The notes: generated by a model from the letters alone, not told the origin. A DNA stretch of 64,000 bases from an uncultured virus (IMG/VR IMGVR_UViG_3300028833_000148) (IMGVR_UViG_3300028833_000148:1-64000), one strand, 5' to 3'. Shown: positions 16,986-27,150, numbered from the stretch's first letter. Numbers and translations: made by a program.

Positions 16986-18728
16986 ATGGATAAAACAGTA
17001 TTGGCTTTTGTTGAAAAACTTGAGATATTTAAGACTAAAATCAAAGCATTACACTGGGACGCTAACTCTCTATCCCAGCATGAATTGTGTGATGATATAG
17101 CTGAAAGGATTGCAGATTTTCAAGACCAAGTATCTGAAGTCGAACAATCAATAAGTGGCAAGTTACCAAAAGAAATGTTCAAGCCAACGAATCAAGAATT
17201 TGGAGAAGTTGGCACGTTAAAGGAATTTGTGGAATCTGTAATTGATTGCACCAATGATTTTTATAAAAAACTTGGAGAAAAGGGTGATAAATATATTGGC
17301 ATGAGAAGTGACTGCGAAAGTTTTTTAAGTGACATGCAGCGAAAGTTATATCTTGTTAATTTTACTCTGAAAGAGGAATTGAAAATGAGGTTAAGAGACA
17401 AGATTAATGAATCTAGACCTAAGAATTTATCAAACACTGTTGATGTTGAGAAATTTATTGGCAGAAGACCTAAATCAATCAAAGCTAGAATTAACCAGAT
17501 ATATAGAATTGTTAAGAAATACGGTATTGATTCTAGAAAATATAGTGATGAGAATTGGCAAGCAATTGAAGACTATTATAGAGCAATTACATCTTTAGGG
17601 TGCGAGGTTGAAATGAAGCCTTGCGCTAGTTTAAACAATGCTGACAGCATAGAATCTGATGGCGGTTATACTGATTATGACGAATACGACCACATGCCAC
17701 GTTCAAAGCAGTATGCGATAAAAATTATGTTTGATGATGGTATGGCTATTAGCGGATACATTAAATGTATGGCAGCTGGCACTGTCTCTGACCCATTTTC
17801 AAGCTATGATACTTGTATGGTTTTATGGCCTAAACAGAATAATGTATTAGAAAGCAAAAACATGAACAAACAAATGAGTTTGACAGAAGCAGAACTTAAA
17901 CAAGTAGTTAAAGAGGCTGCGATGAAGATATTATCTGAAACCCCATTAAATTATGATATTGATAATTTCAGTGGAAGATGGAACAAAAGTGAACCTAGTG
18001 ATGAAGAATTGGCATTAGCTGATTCTGCGGCAAATGGCGATTATTTAGACAATCCATTTAATCCACCAAACAGTTGGGACGATGATGAATGGATGGATGG
18101 GGATAAAGACATGGAGAATGATTATTCTTGGGGTTTGTATCATAGAATGAATAATGTTGGAAAATCTCCAGTTGACCGTCAGCATGATATAATGGATGCT
18201 GCTCAGAATCGAAGAGACCATGCAGCTTATTGGACTGACAGAGATAACGAGAGGGGAAATCGTTTAATGAACAAATGGGTTGATGGCAAAAGAGATTTGG
18301 ATGATTTGGAAGATGCTGATTTTTCATACGACCCATATAAGTTTAATGAATCTAAAATTCTAAAACTTTCTGAAAGCGAACTTAAACAAGCGGTTAAAGA
18401 GGCTGCAATCAGTTTGATACAAGAGTATACTCAAAAACAAGCCAGCACTAAAGGTTTCATAAAATCTACTTATGGGCATAGAAGTCAGCCAATACGTAAA
18501 CAGAAACCAGCAAAAGGCAGTTTTGGAGAAAGGGAGAAAAAACTTTTGAAACAAATGGGAAAAGAGGTTGATGAGTCGATTGATATTGACCCTAAAAACA
18601 AAGGAAAGTTTACTGCAACCAAAAAAGCGACGGGTAAATCAACCGAAGAGCTTACACATTCTAAAAATCCACTAACAAGGAAAAGGGCCATATTTGCTCA
18701 AAATGCAAAGAAGTGGTCAAAAAATTAA
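16986..18728 (+). CDS. multidomain putative virion protein with N-terminal ferritin/Dps-like domain
   Basis: K.LHW....SQHELCD...D...E ferritin-like motif; two internal L(T/S)E.ELKQ.VKEAA repeats; basic C-terminal KNKGKFT...RKRAIFAQNAKKW motif. Confidence 0.65.
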   Translation: MDKTVLAFVEKLEIFKTKIKALHWDANSLSQHELCDDIAERIADFQDQVSEVEQSISGKLPKEMFKPTNQEFGEVGTLKEFVESVIDCTNDFYKKLGEKGDKYIGMRSDCESFLSDMQRKLYLVNFTLKEELKMRLRDKINESRPKNLSNTVDVEKFIGRRPKSIKARINQIYRIVKKYGIDSRKYSDENWQAIEDYYRAITSLGCEVEMKPCASLNNADSIESDGGYTDYDEYDHMPRSKQYAIKIMFDDGMAISGYIKCMAAGTVSDPFSSYDTCMVLWPKQNNVLESKNMNKQMSLTEAELKQVVKEAAMKILSETPLNYDIDNFSGRWNKSEPSDEELALADSAANGDYLDNPFNPPNSWDDDEWMDGDKDMENDYSWGLYHRMNNVGKSPVDRQHDIMDAAQNRRDHAAYWTDRDNERGNRLMNKWVDGKRDLDDLEDADFSYDPYKFNESKILKLSESELKQAVKEAAISLIQEYTQKQASTKGFIKSTYGHRSQPIRKQKPAKGSFGEREKKLLKQMGKEVDESIDIDPKNKGKFTATKKATGKSTEELTHSKNPLTRKRAIFAQNAKKWSKN

Positions 18729-18918
18729 AAAAATAAGAGTTGAGATTGTTTCTCAACTCTTTCTTTTTGTCATTTCTGTTATATTTACTTTTGTCTTTAT
18801 AGACACGGTTCATTGAAACAAACTGACCGCCACCGTTTCTTTCAAACTGGTCATTTCTACTAAGCATTCTCAGAATTTTATATTGTTCTGTGCTCTTTGT
18901 TGGCTTTGACATCTTCAT
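18661..18918 (-). CDS. small basic hypothetical protein
   Basis: end of minus-strand operon; bidirectional hairpin at about 18735-18761. Confidence 0.4.
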   Translation of the reverse strand: MKMSKPTKSTEQYKILRMLSRNDQFERNGGGQFVSMNRVYKDKSKYNRNDKKKELRNNLNSYFFNFLTTSLHFEQIWPFSLLVDF

Positions 18919-19099
18919 TTTTGTGTACTTTTATAAAGGTTAAGTTACATTTAATTTTATTCCTTATATCTTTTTTCAATTCTCGATAGAATTTTTCTTG
19001 TTTTTCATTAAGACCATGTGCATTTTTTAATTCTTCCATCATTGCAAGCGCATATTCACCTTCAATGATGATAGGTTCATCGTCATCAATTCCTAGCAT
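18878..19099 (-). CDS. hypothetical protein
   Basis: ORF in operon. Confidence 0.5.
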   Translation of the reverse strand: MLGIDDDEPIIIEGEYALAMMEELKNAHGLNEKQEKFYRELKKDIRNKIKCNLTFIKVHKNEDVKANKEHRTI

Positions 19100-19101
19100 A
19101 A

Positions 19102-19890
19102 TTATTCCGTTTTATCAATGTGAGAATTTTGTATTTCCTTATCTATCTCTCTTAGAACGCCATCATCGTCAAGAATAAAAGCTTTTCTACAATCTAAACA
19201 AGCCCAGTTATCTGTTATAATTGGCTTTTCGTTTTGCTGTGTATGCCCAAATATTTGATAATCATATCCTTCAACAATAGCGTCAGTATTGGAGATTATA
19301 TCATTCTCATCTGATGTATTCATATCTATTTTCTCTCTAACGTCTGACCATACGATGCTACCACTTTTTTCTCCAAACCAAGACCTATAACTAGAAACAT
19401 CTGTTAATATTCTAATTCCAAGTGGGATTTCCAACAAATGATTTATGCTTGCGACTGTTATATCACCTATGACATTTTCATTCCTTTTAATCCACGAATT
19501 CATAAGCCCAGAGTGAGAAAACAAGAATTTCTTTCCATTGATGTCTTCTTCATGCGCAAGTTTAAATAGGCTTCTGTGCGTTTTGAAGTCATTTGCAATA
19601 TGCCAAGCATTGCTTGAGTCATATCTTGACCTAGTATGAAATTCTTTTGAGAAATATTGCATATCATGGTTTCCTAGCAATAGAACAACTTTATCTTTAT
19701 TGTTTATTTTATAAGCAATTATTTCTTCAAAGTTGTTTATTGCCTCTTTCCTTGTTATGCCCTCATATTCGTATGGGTCTAGGTAATCGCCTAAGAATAT
19801 AATTTTTGCTACTTTATTTTCAAATTCTGAAACCGCATTCTTCCAAAATGACCTCCCATGAACATCTGGTATTACCAATATATTTTTCAT
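19102..19890 (-). CDS. calcineurin-like metallophosphoesterase
   Basis: DVHG, GDYLD, GNHD, SH, GHTQ motifs. Confidence 0.9.
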   Translation of the reverse strand: MKNILVIPDVHGRSFWKNAVSEFENKVAKIIFLGDYLDPYEYEGITRKEAINNFEEIIAYKINNKDKVVLLLGNHDMQYFSKEFHTRSRYDSSNAWHIANDFKTHRSLFKLAHEEDINGKKFLFSHSGLMNSWIKRNENVIGDITVASINHLLEIPLGIRILTDVSSYRSWFGEKSGSIVWSDVREKIDMNTSDENDIISNTDAIVEGYDYQIFGHTQQNEKPIITDNWACLDCRKAFILDDDGVLREIDKEIQNSHIDKTE

Positions 19891-20332
19891 CGTTTTCCTT
19901 CTTATCTACTAAAATTATTGAATCAGTTATTTTATTTTCTTGGCAATAAAGATACCAAAATTCTTTTAAGTACATAATCCTAGCATAAGATATACAGTAT
20001 GGTATAAAAACGCCTTTATCATTATATGCGAAAGGGAACAGAAGAAAGGTATCTTCAAACCAGTTGTATACACATTTTCCACGAAAACATCTGTGACTAT
20101 TGTCAGAATATGATTGGTAATGGACGATTCTTTTCAAAAAATATTTTTTATAATATTGTGAGAAACTTCCATATTTTTGATTCAAATAGTAGTGAAAAGT
20201 TCCAATAAATTTAAATTCTCTCAAGAACTTCATAAACACTTCAAAAGCTTCAAGTGGAGCTATATCATAGTTTCCAATCATTCTGCGGTAATGCATGTCA
20301 TAATGTACAAAACGTGAGTCAATACTTGCCAT
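19820..20332 (-). CDS. hypothetical protein (F..FL family)
   Basis: EVFMKFLREFK. Confidence 0.55.
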   Translation of the reverse strand: MASIDSRFVHYDMHYRRMIGNYDIAPLEAFEVFMKFLREFKFIGTFHYYLNQKYGSFSQYYKKYFLKRIVHYQSYSDNSHRCFRGKCVYNWFEDTFLLFPFAYNDKGVFIPYCISYARIMYLKEFWYLYCQENKITDSIILVDKKENDEKYIGNTRCSWEVILEECGFRI

Positions 20333-20334
20333 TT

Positions 20335-20745
20335 TTAATTTATTAAAATTGACATATCATAACCTTTATCACACAAATAGAGCCAGAAGAGTTCTTTGTA
20401 TAGTTTTATTTTTGATATGTTATAGTCTTTTCCATTATCATATATTTCCACCCATCTGAAAAAAACAACATCAATTGTCTCTTTATACAATTTATTATAA
20501 TGTAGTAATTCATAATAAAATTCTCTTAAAATGGAACGTTTACAGTTTCTATCTTTGCGTGTTTTCATCAAATAAACTGGATTTCCCCAAAAATAATAGA
20601 ATTTATCAATTTGTGGAAACTCTTTATCTATGTTTTTAGCAAAAAAATACCTATAACTTCCATATATGTTCATCATTTTAAGGAATTTTACAAACTCTAG
20701 GCATATGGTTTGTCTTCTAACTCTTTTTGCGTGAATTTTTTTCAT
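20335..20745 (-). CDS. hypothetical protein (F..FLK family)
   Basis: LEFVKFLKMM. Confidence 0.55.
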   Translation of the reverse strand: MKKIHAKRVRRQTICLEFVKFLKMMNIYGSYRYFFAKNIDKEFPQIDKFYYFWGNPVYLMKTRKDRNCKRSILREFYYELLHYNKLYKETIDVVFFRWVEIYDNGKDYNISKIKLYKELFWLYLCDKGYDMSILIN

Positions 20746-21370
20746 TTACTATACTTACTTTTCAATAGTTGCTTGCCTATTTTCTCTTCTACTTCATGCC
20801 AAGAAATTGGAGTATAATCATTGTTATCGACCCCTACATCATACTGTGTCGGGAATAGATATTTTAATCTAACTAGGTCTTCTCCTTTTTTTCCAGGACC
20901 AGAGTGTACGTGACCAAAAAGTTGATATACTAAACCTTTGGGGTCACGGTATGTTCCACCATAACAAAGAAAAGGTACATGATTAAGGTAGATTTTTCTA
21001 CCTTCAATTTCTATTAATAGTTGCTGGGTTGTGAACTCAAACAGTTCATTATATTGCGCTTCCGACTGACAACCATTTTTAAAATCATGATTTCCTTTAA
21101 TCAGTATGATTTTACCGTTCAATTGCTCTCTTATTTTTTTATATTCTTGATACCCACCCCATCCAAAATCTCCAAGGTGAAATACTAACCCATCAGTAGG
21201 AACTTTATTATTCCAATTTTCGATTAGTGCTCTATCCATTTCCTCTGCGTCTTTGAAAGGACGGTCACAAAATTTAATTATGTTTGAATGTCCGAAATGA
21301 GTACCTAGGTGTCGGAGGTGAAAAACACCTCCGACCCATCATTATATTTAAAGTCTACCTTTTTTGACAT
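20742..21370 (-). CDS. calcineurin-like metallophosphoesterase interrupted by an 8-nt stop-containing element
   Basis: 21370-21308 encodes MSKKVDFKYNDGSEVFFTSDT then TAG; the other frame resumes (T)HFGHSNIIKFCDRPF..HLGD..GNHD..NH..GHVH..DVGVD. Confidence 0.85.
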
Positions 21371-21391
21371 AATTTTTATTATTATTTATTT

Positions 21392-22252
21392 TTATAGATA
21401 TATTTTTAAATCTTCAATTATAAGTGGATGGTCTACCATTTCAACGCTCCCATCAATATATTTTATAAATACGCTTTTATCTTCATTCATAGTAATTGAA
21501 TCTACGCTGTTTTTCTCAATGTCTTTTGGACAGTAATCAAATAATGACGGAGATAACATCAATACGCTCAAAACAGATAAAGAAGCTATGTCTTCATTAA
21601 GTCCATTTTCCAATATTTTATTAAATTCCTCATCCCTAATTGCGCAAGAGCGTGTATAGTTATCCATGAATATTTCCCATTTGAAAAGCAATTCATTCAA
21701 TGTTGAATTGTTAACAATGACCTTGTTCATACAATCTTTCCAAGTGATTGACGTTTCTGACTCGTGATTAGATACATTATCTAAAGTTGTTCGTGTTACG
21801 AACCAGCAATCCCCACCTAGTTCTTCAATCATTCGTTTTTCATTTGGGAACCTGACATCATCTATGACATAATTAACATCATTTTTAATCATTTCTCTGA
21901 TTCTATTGACATGCCAATCAGAATTATATTTGCGTATATAATCAGTTCCTATGAATTGTAGCATATCTCTCACGGTGTGCAGATATTTTCCATCGCATAT
22001 CTCAGTTGTTGTTTCAATTGGTATGTTTGTTTCTTCAGATAAAATTTCACAAACGTCTTTACCAATTGTAATTTCTATTGGTATGTTTTCATTTTTTGCT
22101 CGATTTAATTCATCAATTGAAATATCTAGTATATCAGCACAAAGTTGTTTTAGTGGAAGAGCAAAAGATAAACGTTGATACCCATATTTCTCGCACACTT
22201 CAGATAAAACAGTTTTTCCACTCCTACATCTTCCAGCGAAACCAATTATCAT
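21392..22252 (-). CDS. deoxynucleoside monophosphate kinase
   Basis: IIGFAGRCRSGK, SFA.PLK, R..LQ.IGTD..R, DDVRFPNE, HESE motifs (T4 gp1-like). Confidence 0.85.
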   Translation of the reverse strand: MIIGFAGRCRSGKTVLSEVCEKYGYQRLSFALPLKQLCADILDISIDELNRAKNENIPIEITIGKDVCEILSEETNIPIETTTEICDGKYLHTVRDMLQFIGTDYIRKYNSDWHVNRIREMIKNDVNYVIDDVRFPNEKRMIEELGGDCWFVTRTTLDNVSNHESETSITWKDCMNKVIVNNSTLNELLFKWEIFMDNYTRSCAIRDEEFNKILENGLNEDIASLSVLSVLMLSPSLFDYCPKDIEKNSVDSITMNEDKSVFIKYIDGSVEMVDHPLIIEDLKIYL

Positions 22253-22253
22253 A

Positions 22254-22556
22254 TTATCTATCTTTTAACGCCTCATTTATTATATTTGTTAACTCATTTA
22301 ATGGAATGTTACCCATTACTTTGTATATAAGTTCATCGTTTTCATCTAATAGAATCGTTGTTGGTACTGACCTAATCTGATATTTTTCTGCTAGTACATC
22401 ACCATTTTCATCATTTTCAATATCAATTTCTTTAAATTCAATATCTTTAAACTCATCCATATCTTTAACTTTATGGAATGTTGGCGCATATGCCCTACAA
22501 GGACCACACCAAGTGGTGCTCATTTTGATTATTTTTTTTACTTTGTTTGTGTTCAT
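22254..22556 (-). CDS. thioredoxin
   Basis: WCGPC active site and SVPT cis-Pro loop. Confidence 0.9.
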   Translation of the reverse strand: MNTNKVKKIIKMSTTWCGPCRAYAPTFHKVKDMDEFKDIEFKEIDIENDENGDVLAEKYQIRSVPTTILLDENDELIYKVMGNIPLNELTNIINEALKDR

Positions 22557-22559
22557 GAT

Positions 22560-24344
22560 TTATTTTTTAGATTTTTTAGTTTTTAGTAATTCAGAAAAAG
22601 AGTTTATCTTTCTTCTTCCTACCGAATTCATATTAATTGTTGCACTAGTAAATATGTTTTTATCTATTTTTTTCGCATTACTAACTATCGCTCTAGCGTT
22701 TGTTTCATTAATAATAATCCTAGTTGATTTATTCAAAACTTTATTCACTTGTATTTCGATTCTATTAAGCACCGCAATACTGTTTGGGTTTGATGTATTA
22801 AATTTTTCAAAATCTTTCTCATCTATGAAACCAAGTGTTTTTTTTGCTCTAGTATATGCAACATACATTAGATTGTACTCTTGCTTAATTTCCCAGTCTT
22901 TTTTCGCAGATTTGCTAGGCATTAAAGACTCACAAGCTATGTATACGTTCTCTGCTTCAAGACCTTTTGCCTTATGGATTGTTGACAATGAAATTCCACT
23001 TTTTTTATCTCTCTTGGGAAATATTTCATCAATCTTGGCTATAATTTCCTCTGACGTGTTAATCCCTTCAGATAAAATTTCAAGCGCATTTATCATATCT
23101 AGTTTGTTTTGTATTTGTGGAGAATTAATTGCTGTTTCAGCATCAATGCCAAATTTCTCCATTAATTTATTTCTAGATGTGAATAAATCGTCATAAAGTC
23201 TAACAAACACGCCATCTTTTTGGCAATCGGCATTTAGTTCATCTTGTTTTGTGTTTTTGACAAGTAATTTAAGATTCGAACCGATTTCTTTGCCTCTAAT
23301 GAAACACTTTTTCCCTAATTTCAAAAATTCATTATATATCTGGACTAATGGTGCATTATTCCTGCACAATATCATGTCACCATCTTGGACATCTTCTAGA
23401 GACACATTTCGTAAAATCTGACCATCAATTGCGCCATCTGCTGCCTCAATATTTTTAACTATTTTGTGTGCAAAATCCACAATTTTTTTACCACAGCGAT
23501 ATGAGATACTAAGTGGCAAACAAGTCGTATTGGGCATTGATTTAAGTATCTTGAACGAGTCTGAATCTGCTCCAGCAAATGAATAAAGGCACTGTTTTTC
23601 ATCACCAACTGACATCATTCTAGTTCCCATTTTAAAACATTTTAGAACCAATTCTCTTTCGGCTTTGTTCATGTCTTGAACCTCATCAATCATTATAAAG
23701 TCATATAAGAGTCCTAGAGGCTTTAAAAACAATGCATTGGGCAACCATACCATGTCGGTATAATCAATCGTTTCTAGGGCATTTTTGCCCCATTCCATGA
23801 CATTTATTGCAATCTCTTTCTCATCTGCAATTGTATCAATATTATATCTATCTTCTATAAAATCTAAATCTTTAACTGTTTGACACAAATAGAATCTACC
23901 AAAATCAACATATTTTTTAATGTTTTCGATATACCTAAAGTATTTACCACCTTTCAAAGTATAAGTATTCAAAGAAGACAGTTCTTTCAGATTGTTTTTT
24001 ATGTATGAATCATATTTAAATGGTTCAGGAATTGCACTAACTTGTGGCAAATTTCTTTTGATAAATTGTAATCCCAATCCATGCAATGTTTTTATGTCTA
24101 TGTTATCTTTACCATTAGTTTTTTTCTTTAACTCGTTTACAATATCAGTGTTAAACGCAGTCAATAAAATTTTATCATTTGATGGTATAAAATCTAAGCA
24201 TTTAATTAATGTTGTAGATTTTCCACTACCAGCACAAGCTTCTACAACCAAGTGACCTTGCTCATGTTCTATGAATGAGAAAATTTTTTTTTGGTATTCT
24301 GACCAAATATACTGTTTATTCTCTGTTTTCTTTTTTCTTGGCAT
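22560..24344 (-). CDS. UvrD/Rep-like SF1 helicase (paralog of 6499-8055)
   Basis: ACAGSGKS, DEVQD, VGDEKQCLYSFAGAD, SYRC, STIHKAKGLE, YVAYTRA; likely start MPRKK at 24344. Confidence 0.92.
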   Translation of the reverse strand: MPRKKKTENKQYIWSEYQKKIFSFIEHEQGHLVVEACAGSGKSTTLIKCLDFIPSNDKILLTAFNTDIVNELKKKTNGKDNIDIKTLHGLGLQFIKRNLPQVSAIPEPFKYDSYIKNNLKELSSLNTYTLKGGKYFRYIENIKKYVDFGRFYLCQTVKDLDFIEDRYNIDTIADEKEIAINVMEWGKNALETIDYTDMVWLPNALFLKPLGLLYDFIMIDEVQDMNKAERELVLKCFKMGTRMMSVGDEKQCLYSFAGADSDSFKILKSMPNTTCLPLSISYRCGKKIVDFAHKIVKNIEAADGAIDGQILRNVSLEDVQDGDMILCRNNAPLVQIYNEFLKLGKKCFIRGKEIGSNLKLLVKNTKQDELNADCQKDGVFVRLYDDLFTSRNKLMEKFGIDAETAINSPQIQNKLDMINALEILSEGINTSEEIIAKIDEIFPKRDKKSGISLSTIHKAKGLEAENVYIACESLMPSKSAKKDWEIKQEYNLMYVAYTRAKKTLGFIDEKDFEKFNTSNPNSIAVLNRIEIQVNKVLNKSTRIIINETNARAIVSNAKKIDKNIFTSATINMNSVGRRKINSFSELLKTKKSKK

Positions 24345-24442
24345 TTTAACATTTTTTTGCAAATATATGTAAAAAATGTTAAAAAACAAAAAAATAGGGG
24401 TAGTATTTTTACACCACCCCTATTAATTATATAGATTTTAAT

Positions 24443-25297
24443 TTACTCAGTGTCCTCACCGAGAATTTTTTTAACCCAATCACGCAAATGTGGATTGTTT
24501 TTAAAAGTGGTCTTCATACGACCAATGAATTCATTCACCTTTGGGTCATTTTCAAGAGCCTTCATTCTCTTGAACTCAGCCATTCTCTTGTTCTTCTCGT
24601 CAAGGAATTTAACCAAATCGTTTTTACTTGCAGTGGCAAGATTAATCTCAGAATCCCAAAGTCTTTCTCTGATGATTTTTACAAGTTCATCAGTTCCCAT
24701 CGAAGCAAATGGAGACGATGGGGTCTCGTGACGAGGTGCTTCCTCTTGTCTTGGCTGACGAGGTGCAAAACGACCATGTTCATCACGTGGCTGTCTTACC
24801 TCATGGTTAGGCTCTTCAACATTCCGATTCGGTTTGTTAAACCTTCTCTCAAATACCTCACGAAGACTTTCTGGCATCGGTGGAATAAAATCGTTTTCTC
24901 GCTCTTCCCCAATTGGACGAGTAAAATTAGGTCTTGTGAACTGAGGATGATTCATCTGAGGTCTTGGACGCTCAAAGATGTTTGGACGTGGCAATGGACG
25001 CTCAAATTCCTCCTCGCTAGGAAGATTCTCGTAATTACCAATTGGTGTTTCGTCAATAGGTTTAATCTCTAAAGCGTTTCCAGTTGCAATAAGCAGTTTG
25101 GCGAATGTTGAGAGTGAAATCTCTCCATTACCCTCAAGAATTTGATTCAGCTCTCCGTCAGAAATTGCTAGGACGTAAGCAAGTTCTCTCTCGCTGGCAT
25201 CAACCTCTCTCATAAAAGAGATAACCTTGTTTCTAATGTCATTTTTAGCCATGCGAGTCCACTCGCTTGCTAATCTTTGTAACTGTTCTCTATTCAT
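24443..25297 (-). CDS. XRE-like HTH protein with a disordered Pro/Arg-rich linker
   Basis: SERELAYVLAISDGELNQILEG...ISLSTFAKL; promoter TATCTTTG 25326-25333. Confidence 0.6.
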   Translation of the reverse strand: MNREQLQRLASEWTRMAKNDIRNKVISFMREVDASERELAYVLAISDGELNQILEGNGEISLSTFAKLLIATGNALEIKPIDETPIGNYENLPSEEEFERPLPRPNIFERPRPQMNHPQFTRPNFTRPIGEERENDFIPPMPESLREVFERRFNKPNRNVEEPNHEVRQPRDEHGRFAPRQPRQEEAPRHETPSSPFASMGTDELVKIIRERLWDSEINLATASKNDLVKFLDEKNKRMAEFKRMKALENDPKVNEFIGRMKTTFKNNPHLRDWVKKILGEDTE

Positions 25298-25399
25298 TTT
25301 CTAAAATTTAAAATAATTTTCAATGCAAAGATATAAAAAAAATGTTATAAAACCAAATATTTTAACGTTTTTTAGCATTAACTAGTCTCATCATATTTA

Positions 25400-26677
25400 T
25401 TAAAGCAACCCATACGCTTTTTTTCTAATATCAATTAACAAGTTATTTACCAAATCAACATCAATGCTTTCTCTAATCGTAGAGTTTTTGATGGCTTCAT
25501 CGAGTTTTAGTTTGTCTTCGTCAACAATAGCCATAAGTTCGTCATACTCATACTTATGGTTGCGAATGTTCATCAAAAACTCTTTATCCCAAGTTCTTTC
25601 AAGATTAATTCCTTTACCTTCAGCGATTTCTTGACCCATATGCATAAGTCTTACACAATGCATCATGTTTTTGGAATCATAGTTTTTGTCTAGATTCGAT
25701 TCGTAGCGTTTTGGATTACGGAATTTTTCCCAGTCTTTATATTCTTTATATTTTTTGCAATGGTCTTTGAAACCACTCTCGTTATATACCATCCAACAGA
25801 TAGGCGTTTCTCCCTTTGACACAGAAGACCCTCTCATGTCCGTTGAATTATCAAGGCACATTCCACGATAATGGATTACCTCTTGGTTTTTATCATACCA
25901 CTCTTTAAGTTCTTTTTTTGTATTGATGCCATAAAAGTTTTTGATGAACTTGGCGAATTTCTGCGTCTCTTCATCCACACGTCCATAACCAAACCATCCA
26001 AAAAACAGCAAACCAAAAGGATTTGCGCCAAAAGCGGCCAACTCCAAGTCCTCATATTTGATTAAATTATGGTGGATATGAGCACCCCAATCATAATATA
26101 CACCATATGTATCATGCATATTCGGAATATGCACTAGACCACAGAAATTTTTATCCAAACCTCTATTATTCAGCCAATTAGATATTTTAGTGCTTCCTTG
26201 GTTATAGAAGGTATACGCAAAATCAAAAGGAGTGAGTCTTTGCGTTACTGGGTTAACAATTTTTTTATTCAATCCTCTTGCTTTATGGATTTGTTCAATA
26301 GCGTATTGAACGAATGGCTTAAAACATTTTTTAGTGATGAATTGGTCTCTATTCTCAAACAGAGGCATAATAAGTTCACTAGGTGGTGTTATGATTTTAT
26401 TCTCTGGAACAAACAATGCCTCTAAAACCGTTGGGTTGGATTTGAGAATTAAGTTAGCAAAATTGCCTATTTCATACCACGTGGTATCGTGACGTTCATC
26501 AGAAATTTGGTCTTGATAATCCGCACCTAACCCCATGAACGCCTCTTTAGTTGCAATATAAAGTCCGCTTGTATCTACGTCCGAATCTTCATTATTTAGT
26601 CCATATAAATGTGAACCCCTGACATATTCGTAAAGTAGTCTTTTATCGTCAGTAATTGTTTGGAAAGTATCTTTCAT
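25400..26677 (-). CDS. Pol-beta superfamily nucleotidyltransferase (RlaP-like)
   Basis: RGSHLYGL...SDVD, SNP..LE.LF, YDSKNMMH..RL motifs. Confidence 0.8.
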   Translation of the reverse strand: MKDTFQTITDDKRLLYEYVRGSHLYGLNNEDSDVDTSGLYIATKEAFMGLGADYQDQISDERHDTTWYEIGNFANLILKSNPTVLEALFVPENKIITPPSELIMPLFENRDQFITKKCFKPFVQYAIEQIHKARGLNKKIVNPVTQRLTPFDFAYTFYNQGSTKISNWLNNRGLDKNFCGLVHIPNMHDTYGVYYDWGAHIHHNLIKYEDLELAAFGANPFGLLFFGWFGYGRVDEETQKFAKFIKNFYGINTKKELKEWYDKNQEVIHYRGMCLDNSTDMRGSSVSKGETPICWMVYNESGFKDHCKKYKEYKDWEKFRNPKRYESNLDKNYDSKNMMHCVRLMHMGQEIAEGKGINLERTWDKEFLMNIRNHKYEYDELMAIVDEDKLKLDEAIKNSTIRESIDVDLVNNLLIDIRKKAYGLL

Positions 26678-26679
26678 AT

Positions 26680-27150
26680 TTATTTTATTTGTCTATTTTT
26701 AAAAATTTTTCTGTCGTTTATAATTCTACTATCATGTTCCTTTAAGAACTCCCTAGTTTCTTCATCGGAGAATTTAATTATATTTTCCCTCAAATACTCA
26801 GCATCTTCGCTTAAGGAACAATATGTAGATACTGCTTCTTCCAATGCATCTTTTTTGTTTGTATAATACCTCCAAAAATGTATGTCATCCGATGAAAACC
26901 TATTTCCATTCAGTTCTACATCTGAAAGCCAAGTTTCAATTATCTTAGTGTAGCCGTTGTTAGTATTTGTTAATAAAATTTTATAATTTTTACTAATAGC
27001 ACTAGGAAATAAATGACCCAATATATGTTTAATAGGTACAATTAGACATTCATATTCCCTAATTAAACTTTTCTTATTTATTAGCCCATATACTTTATTG
27101 GTTTTTCCTTTTTTGCTATCTTCAATTATGTTCTTAATCGTTTTTTCCAT
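26680..27150 (-). CDS. hypothetical protein
   Basis: first gene after promoter TATATTTG 27176-27183. Confidence 0.6.
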   Translation of the reverse strand: MEKTIKNIIEDSKKGKTNKVYGLINKKSLIREYECLIVPIKHILGHLFPSAISKNYKILLTNTNNGYTKIIETWLSDVELNGNRFSSDDIHFWRYYTNKKDALEEAVSTYCSLSEDAEYLRENIIKFSDEETREFLKEHDSRIINDRKIFKNRQIK

